Shown: piece by piece, positions 1 to 13,137 of the stretch
Numbering within the stretch: position 1 is the stretch's first letter
Layout of the letters: every line of letters starts with the position of its first letter
DNA from: Psammoneis japonica
Taxonomy: Eukaryota
Assembly: GCA_008632985.1 (NCBI GenBank)
Contig: QPGO01000080.1
Coordinates: 1-64,000, forward strand
Reading direction: 5' to 3'
DNA: 64,000 nt
Position numbers and translations under genes: made by a program
The notes under the pieces: generated by a model
What the model was told of the DNA's origin: nothing
Database searches by the model: none
Seen by the model: only the letters and a program-made list of their open reading frames with translations

Positions 1-11
1 TCCAAACAGCA

Positions 12-3000
12 GTGTCCTCGTCTCTGCTCAATGTGGTTCATGATGTCGTTGCAGGCAAGGACCATCAATTGGTGGACATCCCCATTGTCACCACTGGTGC
101 CATCATTGAGACCCAGCGTGGTCCCGTCATCGCCATCCTCCATCAGTGCGCATGCACGGGCAAGGGCAAGACCATTCATTCCTGCGGCCAGCTTGAATGG
201 TGCAAACAGGATGTCAACGATGGCTCTGTCAAGGTGCCCAACGGCTTGCAACGCACTGCCACTCCTGATGGCTGTGTCATCCCCATTGACATCAAGGGCG
301 GCCTGCCTTGTGTTGCCATGCGACCTTGCACTGACGCCGAATGGGACACCCTGCCCCATGTCATCCTCACCGGTGATGACACATGGGATCCTTCCGTCCT
401 CGATCACTCTGTCACTGATGACGACCAGTGGCACGATGCGATCTCTGACCTGCAGGACGATCCCACTGCCAACCCATTTGACGAATGCGGCAACTGCCGT
501 CATCGTGTTGTTGTCAACGAGACCATCATGTCCGCTTCCTTGTCTGCCGATCACGCGTCCGCCCTCGATGATCACCTCATTCCGAACGACGACGTGTTCT
601 ACGAGTGTCATCTGCACGCGATTGACCCCAAGGACGACGACGTTCTGCCCCTGGAGCGCACTGTGCAGCCCAAGGACCCCCCCTTCGAGTCTCTTCGGCC
701 TCACTTTGGCTTCCTACCTGCCGACACGGTCCATCGTACTTTTGACTGCACCACGCAGTGCATCCGCATGCCCGCCGGCACACACCTTAGGAAGGCCTGC
801 AAATCACCCAACCCCGCCCTCAATGTGCACCGCCGCAACGAGCCTGTCGCCACTGATGCCATTTGTGCCGACACCCCGGCCGTCGACTCTGGTTGCACCA
901 GCGCCCAACTGTTTGTTGGCACTGAGTCCACCGTCACTGACGTCTGCAGCACCAAGACGGACAAAGAGTTTGTCAACACACTCGAGGATCAGATCCGTGA
1001 GCATGGTGCCCCATCCAAACTCATCAGCAACCGTGCTCAGGTTGAGATCAGCAACAAGGTGCTCGGGATTCTACGAGCCCTCTTCATCTCCAGCTGGCAA
1101 AGTGAGCCTCACCAGCAACACCAAAACTTTGCCAAGCGTCGACACCAGACCGTGAAGCGCACGGCAAACACTGTCATGGATCGTTTCGGTTCGCCTGCCC
1201 ACACATGGCTGCTGGCGCTCATGTGCGTGTGCTTCGTGCTCAACCATGCAGCGTCCCCACGTCTCCACTGGCGCACGCCCCTTGAGACTCTCACTGGCTC
1301 CACCCCGGACATCAGCCCATTGCTTCGCTTTCACTGGTGGGAACCCGTGCACTTCCACCTCGATGACTCCGATTGGCCGTCCGAATCCCGTGAGTTGCGT
1401 GGACGCTTTGTTGGCATTGCTGAGCACGTCGGCCACCAGATGACCTTCAAGATTCTCTCTGACGAGACTCAGAAGATCCTCCACTGGTCCAACGTACGAT
1501 CCGCTGCCACCGATCCTGCCGTTCGAAACCTGCATCTTGATCCTCCTGATGGGGAGCCACCTGAACCCATCATCAAATCTCGCCATGACGACACTGAACC
1601 CATCATCAAATCTCGCCATGACGACAACTCCGTCGACTCTCCTGATGGGGAGATCAGGACACCCAAGATGCCAGTTTTTGATCCGCAAGACATCATCGGA
1701 CGCACCTTCCTCATGCAGCCACAAGAGGACGGACAACGCCACAGAGCTCGCATCGTCAAGGCCGTCGAAGACCATGAATGGAAAGTGAACGGCAATCCCA
1801 AGCTCACTAAGTTCGTCTGCTCTGTCAACAACGACAAATGCGAGGAAGTCCTTGCCCACAATGACATCATGAATCACATTGAGCAAGAAGACGAAGACAC
1901 TGCTGTTTGGAAATTTCGACGCATCGTGTCACACAAAGGACCTCTGAAGCCTCATGACCCAACCTGGAAAGGCTCAAGCTACAACATCATGCTTGAATGG
2001 GAAAGTGGGGAGATCACGTCCGAGCCTCTTGCCATCATCGCCAAGGATGACCCCGTCACCTGCCCCATCTATGCACGAGAGAACGGACTTCTCGACACTG
2101 ATGGCTGGAAGCGATTCCGCACCATCGCGAGGCGCCAGAAGAAGCCACTTCGCATGGCCAACCAAGCCAAGCTTCGCTCCTTCCGCACTGCACCTCGCTG
2201 CAAGTACGGATGCGAAGTTCCCCAGAACTGCAAACACGCCATGTCACTAGACGAACGCAACGGCAACCGCAAATGGGGAGACGCAACTAATCTTGAGATG
2301 GACCAACTCGGGGAGTGCGAAGTCTTCCATGACTGCGGGCCCTTCAAGTCTTCCACTCCTCCTGCGGGACACAAGAAGATCTGAGTGCACCTGGTGCACG
2401 ACGTGAAACACGATGGTCGCCACAAGGCATGACTCGTAGCCGATGGGCACCTCATGGACGCACCCATCGACAGTGTCTGCTACAGAGCAGTCTCCCTCCG
2501 TGGCCTTCGGCTGATGATTTTCCTGGCCGAACTCAACGAGTTGGAGACATGGGCCACCGACATTGGCAATGCCCACCTTGAAGCCACCACCAAGGAGAAG
2601 CTCTACATTGCAGCCGGACCCGAATTTGGCAAACTTGAAGGACACATCCTTGTCATCCACAAGGCCCTGTGTGGACTGCGCAGCTCCGGTCTCCGCTGGC
2701 ATGAGCACTTCGCCGACTGCCCACGAGCTGAAGGCTTCTTCCCCTGCCACGCCGAACCCGACATTTGGATGCGCAGGAATGGCGACCACTGTGAACACAT
2801 TGCCGTTTGTGTGGATGACCTCGCCATTGCCATGAAGGACCCTCAATCTTTCGTCGACACTCTCACGGAAAAGCACAAGTTCAAGCTCAAGGGTGCGGGA
2901 CCCATTGAGTTCCATCTGGGTTGCGACTTTTCCCGGGATCCCGACGGCACCTTGTGCCTGTCTCTGCGCAAGTACATCGAGCGCATGGTCGACAGCTGCA

Positions 3001-3980
3001 CCCGACTGTTTGGGGAGAAACCTGCCACCAACGCCCTGTCACCTCTGGAGAAGGGTGACCACCCCGAACTGGACACTTCTGAACTGCTGGGGCCCGATGG
3101 CATTCACAAGTTCCAGTCTCTTGTTGGTTCACTCCAATGGGCAGTGTCCCTTGGTCGAGTTGACATTGCCGCGGCCATCATGTCACTCTCTAGCTTCCGA
3201 GCTGCGCCCCGTCAAGGCCACTTGGATCGTGCCAAACGCGTCTGTGGGTGCCTCTCCAAGATGCGACACGGCACTCTCCGCGTTCGCACGGAAGAGCCCG
3301 ACCACTCGGATCTCCCTGCTCTGGCCTGTGAATGGATGCATTCTGTGTGCGGCGAAGCAGAAGAGATGATCCCGAAGGACGCTCCACCGCCCCTTGGCAA
3401 GTTCGTCACTGCCACCCACTGCGTCGATGCAAACTTGTGCCATTGCATGCTCACCGGATGCTCTGTCATGGGAATGCTCCACTTCCTCAACAAATTCCCG
3501 GCTGATTGGTTCTCTAAGAAGCAAGCCACCATGGAGACTGTGACCTGCGGGTCTGAATTTGTTGCCGCAAGGACTTGTGTTGAGCAGATTGTCGACCTGC
3601 GCATCACCCTGCACTGCCTTGGCATCCCGATCCGCAATGTCAGTTGCATGTTCGGTGACAACAAGTTGGCTGTAGACAGTGCCACCATCCCGCACTCCAA
3701 GTTGCACAAGCAACACACCGCACTGTCGTTCCACCATGTGCATGAGGCAATTGCCTCTGGTTGCCTTGAGCTCCACTTCATCGAAGGCTCCCGCAACCCT
3801 GCTGACATTCTCAGCAAGCATTGGGGTTGCTCCCAAATCTGGGACCTTCTCCGCCCCCTCATGTTTTGGAACTTCATTCCATCCGAAGTCGAGTCTGTTT
3901 CTGTGGCTCCTCAAGCAAACTGGGGAGTGACAGGATTTGAACAGGATTTGGGTGCGCGCGAAATGTCGCGTGCTGTTTAG
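12..3980 (+). pseudogene. pol: copia pol polyprotein (IN-RT-RH) with nonsense codons and pervasive Tyr>Cys/His
   Basis: ORFs 12..2384 and 2454..3980 are in the same frame. About 7 Tyr in ~1320 codons by my count. Confidence 0.9.
1561..1626 (+). repeat. 33-bp in-frame tandem duplication (EPIIKSRHDD x2) in the integrase C-terminal region
   Basis: ctgaacccatcatcaaatctcgccatgacgaca at 1561-1593 and 1594-1626. Confidence 0.95.
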
Positions 3981-4100
3981 TTTGCCGCACAGTTTTGTGT
4001 GCTTTAGTTCTGCGCGTTCGTGCGCGATGTAGTTTGCTTTCGAGCCACAAGGCTCACAAGAATGACAACAGCAGCCCGATTGCACCGACTTGCACGTCTT
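3921..4100 (+). repeat. Polypurine tract (GGGGAG) followed by probable 3' LTR starting TGACAGG at 3928
   Basis: ggggag|tgaca directly after RNase H. LTR end not identified and no second LTR in the window. Confidence 0.55.
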
Positions 4101-5479
4101 TTGGCTCCTGTGATGGTCTCTGAGCAGAGACTCATCTGCCATTTAGACAGCAGCAAGGAGTTGTTGTTTGAATTCTTGCCATTTGCCTTCAATTTCTGTC
4201 AGTCACATTCTTGCCTTGGTGTTTCTTCAACTTGCTTCATTGGCAATGCAGTCTGATGGCCTTGTTGTCATTGGTGCAAACACTCTGTTTTTTTCTGAGG
4301 GGCAGTCTTGGTTGGCATGTTGCCACCAACTGCCTTCATTCCATTGGTCTGATCAAGTCTTTCAGCTGTCCACATTGTGAACAATGTGGTTTCAACTCAG
4401 AGAACCAGGTGCAGTGTCATCTTTCTCATCACTGCACCACTTCTGCTGCTCTCCCTTTGCCAGCAACACAGCCACATTCAAGAACTGAAATGTCCTCCCT
4501 GTCTCTGGTGGGACATTAGATTCTTCACTTCCTTGGGATGCTGCCTTTGTTGCCTCTCTTGGGTTCAATGCTGACAGACCCAAATGTCCCCATTGCTGGG
4601 CTCCCTTTTCCAACATTGCCCCACATCTCCAGAAGTGTGCAACCTGCCTTGAGAAGGAGGAAGCACCTCTTTGACACTCTGCCACTGTTTCAAATGCTGT
4701 CACTCATTTTCCTCTCCAGACAATGACACATTTGGCAACAATGACAACAACTGGAACAAACAAATGACAAGCAGTCACCAAACCAGCACAAGCACTGCTG
4801 GCATCAATGAAGTTCAATGGGCTGCAACACTGAGTGGCAAAGAAGGTGGGGGGGACAAATCACCTCAGCAAAAAAATTGAAACTTGCCATCCCTCCATGT
4901 GATTGCATGCCGCCACCAGCAACGCAACCAAATTGATGCTTGATCATCAGCATGCAACGGCAGCACAGGGAACGTGCATTCTGGCAATGCTGCCACCACA
5001 TCTGTGTGACAACAGCACAGCATTTAACCAGTGGATGACAATGGAGAAAGTGCTAATTTGTGGACAAGTGGATCATTGAATGTGTGCAGACATCCATTGT
5101 TAAAATATGGGTTTGTTCTGCATGGGCAACAGCTGGAGCAGTTGGAGAGAGGGAGGGCATCAGAACAGAAGAGGGGCCAGTCAACTCAGTTGTGAACAAA
5201 CAAAGAAGAGGGGGGTGGCCAGCTCAGTTGTGAGTGAATGATTGCAGGCTCAGGAGCAAATTTTAAAACCATGCAAATCTGTGGTTGCATCAAAAAAGAA
5301 GATTGAATGGTCAACACAGTTGTGAGCAACAAATTGTGGGGCAGGGAAAAATTTTAAAACCACACAAATCTGTGGTTGCATGCATGAATTGCTGGCAATG
5401 GAGCACAATTCAAAGCAGCAGAAGGTTTTGAAAAAATCAAATGTTGAGTTAGAAACATGCACTCAAAAATGATGCAAAC

Positions 5480-6747
5480 ACCTGTTTGAGTCAATCTGGG
5501 AGAAGCAAGCAATGGCAAAATGGAAGTGCACTCATTTTGTAACTTCTTGTGTCACAAACAGATGGATTGCAGCAAATGGTGTGACACAAGAGCTGCCTGT
5601 TGGAACGAGAAAGAAGATGGAGGAGACGGTTGTCACAGGAGTGACAATGCAAGATGGTGGGAGCACATCATCAAGTGGCAAGTTGGGTTGAGGAGAGCAG
5701 GACAAAGACTGTTTGACAGTTTGCACTGGCAAGTTAGAGTTTGCTGCTTTGGCATGCTTGGCAGTTTCCATGAGTCCTGAGGCAGTGGGATTGTTCAACA
5801 TGCAAACAAACAAGTGCAGGGAATTGAACCAACTCCAATTGGCAGTCAGGGACTCAATTTCTGTTGTGATTCCCGCTGAGGGATGTCATGCAATGGATCA
5901 AGCTCCAGCAGTTGGCAAGAAATTTACAGGGTCCATGTTGACAAAGGTGGCCAATGAAAGTGTGTGGCCACATTGCAAGTTCATGATCTTTAATGGAGAA
6001 CTTGCAGTGGGAGGAGAGTGCATGAAAATGGTTCTGCAAGAGTCAAGGAGCATGGCATCTGTGCCGGAGGCATTCTGGGATGCATGAAAAGAGGTGTTCA
6101 GGAAAAAAACTCAACCACAAAAGGAGTGGCATGCAGGACAATGTGAGGAGGAGGATGACAGGTGAGCAACACAGTGCATGTGTTTGACAGTTGTGGACAG
6201 GATTGTCCAATGGGTCAAGTGTGGATTGAGCATTTTTGTCAATGCAGCTTTTGCTGCTTTGGAGGGGTTGCTGGTTGAGTGCAAAGATTTGATCAAGAGC
6301 AGGGCTGACAAAGACACATGCACGTGGTTCTTGGAAATGGCTGGTGGGCCAAGCGCTGTTTGGCAGAAGCACAGCCAATTTGCTCCACCAAGAGCAGCTC
6401 ACCACATCATCCTCAAAGGCCTTTGCTCTGCTGGCATGCTCAAAACTGACATGACAAGGTGGTCAACATGGCAGAAAAATTGGAGAAGGACAACAACATT
6501 GCAAGGCACAGTCAGAAAGCTGATGGCAGAAGATGCTGCAGCTGCAAAGCACATGGTGACGTGGGGGAATCAGCTGAGAGGAACCAAGGATGGAGCAAGG
6601 AGGGGATCAACAAGTGCAATGAACTGGTGTGTGAGTGGGTGATGAAAAACTGAGAGGAGAACATGAGATTTGGTGCGAATGGAAGCAAGAGACGGCAAAC
6701 TTGTCCAAGGAGGCAGAGAAGAAATGCAAGAGAGTGGAGAAGAGGAA

Positions 6748-6786
<39 letters not shown>

Positions 6787-6900
6787 GGATGGGCCATGCC
6801 AATGGGAGAGGACCTGCCCCTGCAGCCAGTGGCTGCCAGCAATGGTGCAGAAGCAATGGAACAGAGCAATGACAAAGAGGCAAGCTGCAAGGCAATTGTC
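5480..6900 (+). pseudogene. Heavily decayed uncharacterised ORF, probably transposon-associated
   Basis: Protein-like fragments in shifting frames (e.g. QGWSKEGINKCNELV); TpA and CpG both nearly absent. Confidence 0.3.
6752..6783 (+). repeat. (GA)n microsatellite
   Basis: Direct run gagagaga of ~30 nt. Confidence 0.95.
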
Positions 6901-7042
6901 AGTCAAGCTCAAATGGCAGTCACAATGTTTGCTTTTAAAACAACAACAACACAAAGAGACAAAATGCAGAAGGACTTCACAGGCAAAGATGGTGGATTGC
7001 AAGTGGCAAGAGATGTGACGAAGGAACAAAGAACAGCAAAAA

Positions 7043-7812
7043 ATGTTAAAAAGGGTTGAGATTGAAATCATGGACAAGAACATTCACACTTTAAAGTTTA
7101 AAGTGGGGTGTGCCCCAGAACCAAGAAGCTTGCAAACTCAATTGGCTCTGAACCAACATTTGAAGGAAGACTTGGCTCACAAATTCACAACAATCTGGGG
7201 CTGCAGTCAAGAAACACCCAGATTGTTGGCATCCCAGATGACAATGTGGCTGGCATGTGGGGACTCTGCTGCAGAAACCATGAGAAAATTAAGTGAGGAG
7301 AACAAGCCAGAGGAGCTGCAACATCCACCGGGCACAGCCGCACGAGAGAAGGACAAGGCAATCTGCCAGGGGAAAGCCATCCATCACAAGGTTGAAGGAG
7401 TCAACAGAGTTTGTAAAAGGGTTGCAAAGGAGTGGGGCATGGTGGCACTGTTTGATGCAAATGAGAGAACCTGCTCACATTTTCAGGCTGTCAAGGCTTG
7501 GAAGCAACCAGCGCGCATTTGTCAGGATGAAGGAGAGGTGCTTCAAGATCATTGCAATTGGCTCATGAGTGTTGTTGAAATGCTGGTGGAAGGTTTTGTG
7601 GCAGAGTCATCCTGCGGAAGAAATCACCAAGAAAGAAAATGGGTTCAGCAAGGAGGTCCCAACTTGGCTGAGGAGTGGGGGCACTGCAGGTGTTGGGCAC
7701 ATGTGTGGCCAACAAGAAGCCTGAGGACAAAAGCTTTGTGCACAAAACAAAAAGAAGCAGATCAAGTGCTGGAAATGTGACAAGGTTGGGCATGTGAAGA
7801 AGGGCTGTCCTT
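7043..7812 (+). mobile_element. gag: Decayed LTR-retrotransposon gag remnant with CCHC zinc knuckle
   Basis: 7767-7808 translates CWKCDKVGHVKKGC (C-X2-C-X4-H-X4-C), preceded by a gag-like helical ORF (7043..7780). Confidence 0.7.
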
Positions 7813-8737
7813 TGCTCAACAATGATGATGATGATTTGTCACTGGAGTTGGATGAGGTGTGCATGGTTTTGTGCCAGAAATTGGCCCAAACCCTTTTTTT
7901 GGGACTCACAACCCCTGCACATGGCTTGTTGTCATCATCTGCCAGCAAGTGTGCACAAGGTCATGGACAGAGCAAAATTGCATCATCCTTAAAAGTGCAG
8001 CTCATGCGAGCTGGCATCACTCGACCATTTGTCTGTTGAGAAACCACCAGTTGCCAGTGGTCTCTCTTTGCTCATCACTTTTTCAGCTCACCACAGGAGA
8101 AGCAGCTCATGATTTTGAGAATCACTCACTTTTCACACTGTTCCACTTTCAATTGGTGCTTTGACTGTTCAATGAACACATCAGCATGCATCAAGACCTT
8201 CAACCATCACCATGGCAGGCAGTTCTCCCACCAAGCACGCCAAATCGATGAAAACTTGGCCAACCCTCCATCCAAGACTTTCATCTCAAAGAAGCACATC
8301 ACCCACCACACACACACAATCACATCGCACCATGAGTGTTTGCCCCCACATCACCACTGACATGGGTGATGCCGAGCATTGTCCAGCATTCAATGTCAAC
8401 AAGAACGCCATCACAAATGCATCAGGATTGTCCTGTGGCGACCGTCTCACCATCATGGGTGCTTTTGCCAATCAGACCAGCCTCATCGAAGTCAAGACTG
8501 CTGAATGGAAGAGCATGGGGCATCAATCACTCAAGGATCCATCAAATCTCACCATCATGTCTTGCCACAATGCCACTGGAGCCATCATTTCTAACTGTCT
8601 TGACAACAACAGCATCTTCAAACCTGTCCAGGATGGTGCTGTTGCTGACATCTGCGCCAATCATGTCATGCATGGGGCCAAAACAGCATGCCCTTGAAGT
8701 GCAGATGTTGTTGCATGATGCACATCATTGTCTCAAG

Positions 8738-11700
8738 ATGACACTGATGTCATTGTTGCTTCTTGCGTGGCATGTTCACATTTGTTTCTGCAATCAATCC
8801 GTTTTGCTGAAGTCACTTCTCAAAACAAGAAACAAAAAAAAGTGGACACAGACACACACGGGAAGCAAAGAAATCCTTTTCATTGTTGTGAATGAAAAAC
8901 ATGAAGCACCTCAGGTGCTGTCTGTGTTTGTAAAGCACAAGAATGGAAAAGGAAAACTTCTTGCCAAGAGATTGTCTCATCAGAAGTTTGGCACACCACC
9001 AAAACAGAGCATTGCTGCCACAGAAGGAATGAGCTGGGTGTCATTGAAGAAGCCACTGGATGATCCAAACATCCAATTGTTCAAGCCAACCATGAGATCA
9101 ATGCTCTGTGATCTCAACAATGTCACAGAAACCAAGAGGACTTCCATCAATTGCTGGAGGAACAAATGTCATGCAGGATGAAAATGATGCAAGCTGGTTG
9201 AATGTGGGATCTTCCTCCAAATGTTGAATGCGTGAACAACATGACAGTGTGCATCATTGACAGCAGAATGGCATTTGGTCATCCAGATCCACCAATTGAC
9301 AATGTGATGGGTGCCAACACCAGCATTGGTGACTGGACAAGTGATCCATGCTCCCATGGAACACATTGCTGTGGAACAATCACTGCTGTTGTTGGAAACA
9401 ACAACATTGGTGTAAAAGGGGTGCTGGGCAATGCTTCATGGTTCAACTTGCACATTGCAAAGTTTTTGGATCAACATGGAAATGGGTCTGAATTTCTGTT
9501 GCTGAAAGGTCTAGAAAGCTGCCTGGAAATGGGAGCAAAGGTCACAAGCATGAGCATCAGAGGGCCGGTTTTGATTGACATTGCTCAGCAAGCATTTGAG
9601 AAGGCCTGCAACAATGGAGCATTGTCATTGGCTGCATCTGGGAATGATGGGAATGATGATTGTGCCTGCCCGGCATCTGTGCCTTCTGCGGTGGTGGTGT
9701 TGGCGATTGACGATGAGGACAAAATGCTGTGGTCTCATCTCAGCACAATGACCAAGTTGAGCTTGCTGCACCAGGTGTTGACATCATCTCAACAGCATCA
9801 ACAGGTGCAGGCAGCGAGTGCGGTTATGATGAATGGAGTGGCGAGGTTTTTGTGCATGAACTTTTCTTCCCCAATGATGTTGTTGCGTTCTCAACCTGAT
9901 GTTTTCACCTGTTGCGCCCCATGGCCAGGTGCTTCCATGGCAACACTTTTTGTTGCCAGTGCAGCAGCTCTGGTGTGGTCACACTTTCCACAATGCATCA
10001 ATGACCAAACTTGAAATGTTCTCGCACAAATGGCCAACAACAGAAATCAAGGTGGGTGCAGCCAGGAGAAAGGATTTGCAGTCATGCAAGCCAAAGCAGC
10101 CTCAGACCTCCTTGTCAAGGAAGGATGCTCAGCAGCTGGAGGCAAATCACCCTGCAGCTTGTCAGATGGAGTGGTTGGAGGTTGCAAACAAGATCCTCTT
10201 TGCGCACCACCCCCAACACCTGCCCCAACTGGCTGAATTTCCTTGCAATGAGAAGGTCTTCATGCTGAATCTCATGATGGATGAGTTCGGCAAAGAAACT
10301 TTTTGGGACCTGGCAGACTCCAACAACAATGTCATTGATCAAGGCAGCGGGCATCGGAATGAGCATGGCTGCATTGTCTGGCTTTGCGTGCCGCTGGATG
10401 CATGCACATTTACAATCCAAGACTTGGAAAGTGATGGAATGTGTTGCACTCATGGGGCAGGCTCCTGCCAATTGCACTGTGATGGAAAGCTAAAAAAAAC
10501 GGTGGCACCTTTGCACATTCCAAAAGAACCATCTTTGGGCCTCCAATGCCCACGGATGACACTCCAGCCCAATGTCTGTTGCTCCATCTGGCTTGCCAAC
10601 AGGTCAAGACAAAACAATGACCCAACCTGACCTTCGTCTGAGCCTTGTGCTGATGACAAAGATTGGGTTTTTACAACAAAGAAGGGAACTGACAAGACCT
10701 GCCGACACCTCAAGGACAAAAAAAGCACAGAGGTGCAAGCTTGTGGGTTTTGACACAAGGGGACAGCCAACAAGAGGCTTTCAAGCCTGTCCAGTCACCT
10801 GCGGTTTGTGCAATCCAGATGCATTTTTCTTCCAGACACTCCTTTCCCCACAGTTGTGCCAGTGCTTGTGGCTCCAATGCCTCTTCCTGCCAAACTGCCA
10901 TCCATGTCACCCACGGCCTCTCCAACCCAAGTGCCCACAAGGCCCCCATCTAACTCCCCAACTCTCACTCCAACAAAACAACCAACGTCATCACCCACCT
11001 GACTGCCAACCATGTCACCAATGGCCTCCCCAACCTGCATGCCCACAAGGCCTCCATCCAACTCCCCAACTCTCTGTCCCGCACAAAACAACTGACATCA
11101 TCACCCACCAAACTGCCAACCATGTTGCAAACAACCTCTCTAACCCAAGTGCCCACAAGGCCTCCATCCAACTTCCCAACTCTCAGTCTGACAAAAGAAC
11201 CCACCAAAAACCCCACTCCATCACCAACAACATTTCCTCTCACACCACACCCCGCATTTGATTGAGCTGTTTCAGCATTTGATGTGCAAAATGGCTTGTT
11301 GTGTAGAGACAACTTGAGTTGGGCGTGTGTGTCATCCAAAGGGATGTGGATTGACTGCGACAATTTAAGGGAGTGGAATGTGGGTTTCTGCACCTCATTG
11401 TCAGAGGAAGGAAAATCCAGAAAGGTGGTTTCAGGGGAAGAAGCTTGCCCTTTGGCATGCAACAAATGCAAGGCTGAAAGGGGCACTGCAATTTCTGCAA
11501 ACGGCAACAATTCCCCTCCTGGATGTGGCTTGTGGGATGGAAACAAGTTTGACAAAGCAGACACCAACAGCATGAAGAACACCTTTGGAAGATGGGTTGT
11601 TGTTTGAGGCACTTCCTTGCCAACAAGAGATGAAGCAGTTGTGGTGGGTGTCAATGAAAATCTCCAAGTCGCTGCTCAAATGTGCTCAAAAGGCAGCTGG

Positions 11701-12690
11701 AATGACATTTCTTTTTCAACACTTAACTCCAATGCTGTGAATGCTTTTTGAAATGGATTTGACATTGCCTGCAAATCTCAAAGTTTGAGTGCAATGTTGG
11801 TGTGGAACAAGAGAGGTGATGATGCAGCTCACTGTTGCATTTGGAATGGAGACCATTGGAGTTTGGAAAAGCAACTTGAGTCACCTGTCAAGAGTGGAGC
11901 CAACAACCGATTGCATCCATCATCTCATCCAACCTCTAATTGGATGATTCTTGCAGGAGCTTCTTTTAAAAATTCAGACTTTAGCGTGGTGTGGGATGGC
12001 AACAAATGGGGTGATGGATTTGTTCTTGGAAACTGTCCAAGTGCAAGCATGAAAGCCATTCTGTTGTCTGTGAGCAACAAAGTGGCCCAGCCATGGTTGT
12101 TTGCAAGAAGAAGACACAAGACTTGCTGCGCCATCTTTTTGATGGGCACCAGTGGAGTGGAGAGCATTCCCTTGGGCCTCCAGGTGGTGTCTGCAGCATT
12201 GCAAAACAACCCTCACTTGGCTTGGATGCAACATCGACAACAGAACAGCCATTGGAGTCACCACAAGCAATTGACATGCTTTGTGGTTGGCTGTCTGGGA
12301 TGGAAGATTGTCACGGGATTCTAGAGAAATTGCACCTCCATCATTGTCAGTCAAGATTGACTTTGATGCCATGGCAGTGGACTTTTTTGGACTTCCGGGC
12401 AAAGCTCTCACAACCCTTCGAGCAGATGGTGGCACCAGGGTGTGACACAGAATTTGGTCAAATGGCCAGTGGTTGCAGAAATGCTGTGGTCCTGACCTTG
12501 GCGATTCTCCAAATTCCATGAGTCTGGCCATGTCTCCATCTAACCAAAGCATCATGCTTTCCATCCAGGACAAGCAACAGCAGGGGTGGTGTGGCTTTTG
12601 CATCTGGGATGGAACCGACTGGGGCAGTGTGAAACAAATGACATGTGACACTGGTGACATGAATTTGAAGGGAAGCATCATGTTTACATG
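8738..12690 (+). pseudogene. Secreted subtilisin-like S8 serine protease pseudogene with Cys-rich domains, Pro/Thr/Ser stalk and C-terminal W(D/N)G repeats
   Basis: Triad motifs VCIIDS, HGTHCCG, AASGNDG and GASMAT. Downstream FTIQDLESDGMCCTHGAGSC module, PTxxPT repeats at ~10850-11260, and WNGDHW/WDGNKW/WDGTDW repeats. Many frameshifts and stops; Tyr replaced by Cys/His. Boundaries approximate, and the C-terminal repeats may belong to a separate gene. Confidence 0.8.
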
Positions 12691-13137
12691 AGAACAGCAC
12701 CAGTTGACAACACGCAGCCCTCAGCAGTTGCAAGGGACAGTGCACATTTAGCTACATTGTGTGGTTTGTTGGCGAAAACAACACTGCAATGATGTCGGCT
12801 AGACACACTGATTTGACCAAGGACTCGACGATGAGTTCATTTGCCAGGTGCGGTTCCTTTGAGTTTATGAGATGCAGAAAATGTTGACATGCGACATTGC
12901 ACTTTTCTGCAGGCTCAATGAAGATGCTTTAGAAGACATTCTAGACGGAAATCCCAGAACCACAGTCCACGGTTATCCGCACCTTGCCAATCTAATGGCA
13001 GCAGTGCAAATCGACAAACAAGTTCAAGAGCATTTTGTAGAGCATCCCATGCAGAAATTGGGGTGGTGGGAAGGCCCTTTCAACTACACAGAGTGAGCAA
13101 CAGCGTTTCGTGTTCTCGTAAAGAGCAGTCTATGCTG

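Larger units (their letters stand above)
1..4100 (+). mobile_element. Ty1/copia (CoDi-like) LTR retrotransposon, 3' part: integrase, RT, RNase H, PPT and start of 3' LTR; inactivated
   Basis: One reading frame 12..3980 broken by two in-frame TGA (2382, 2430) inside KKI*VHLVHDVKHDGRHKA*LVADG, where Arg (CGA) is expected. Integrase (SEPHQQHQN), RT (DIGNAHLEA, KALCGLRSSG, CVDD) and RNase H (GSEFVAA, FGDN, NPADILSK) motifs in copia order. 3' boundary is approximate. Confidence 0.93.

Noticed and set aside
1..3980. Alternative genetic code (Cys/His codons read as Tyr, or TGA read-through)
   Set aside because: Neighbouring intact genes use TAY for conserved Tyr (e.g. SHAQKYF) and normal stops; the TGAs fall at Arg positions, consistent with CGA>TGA.
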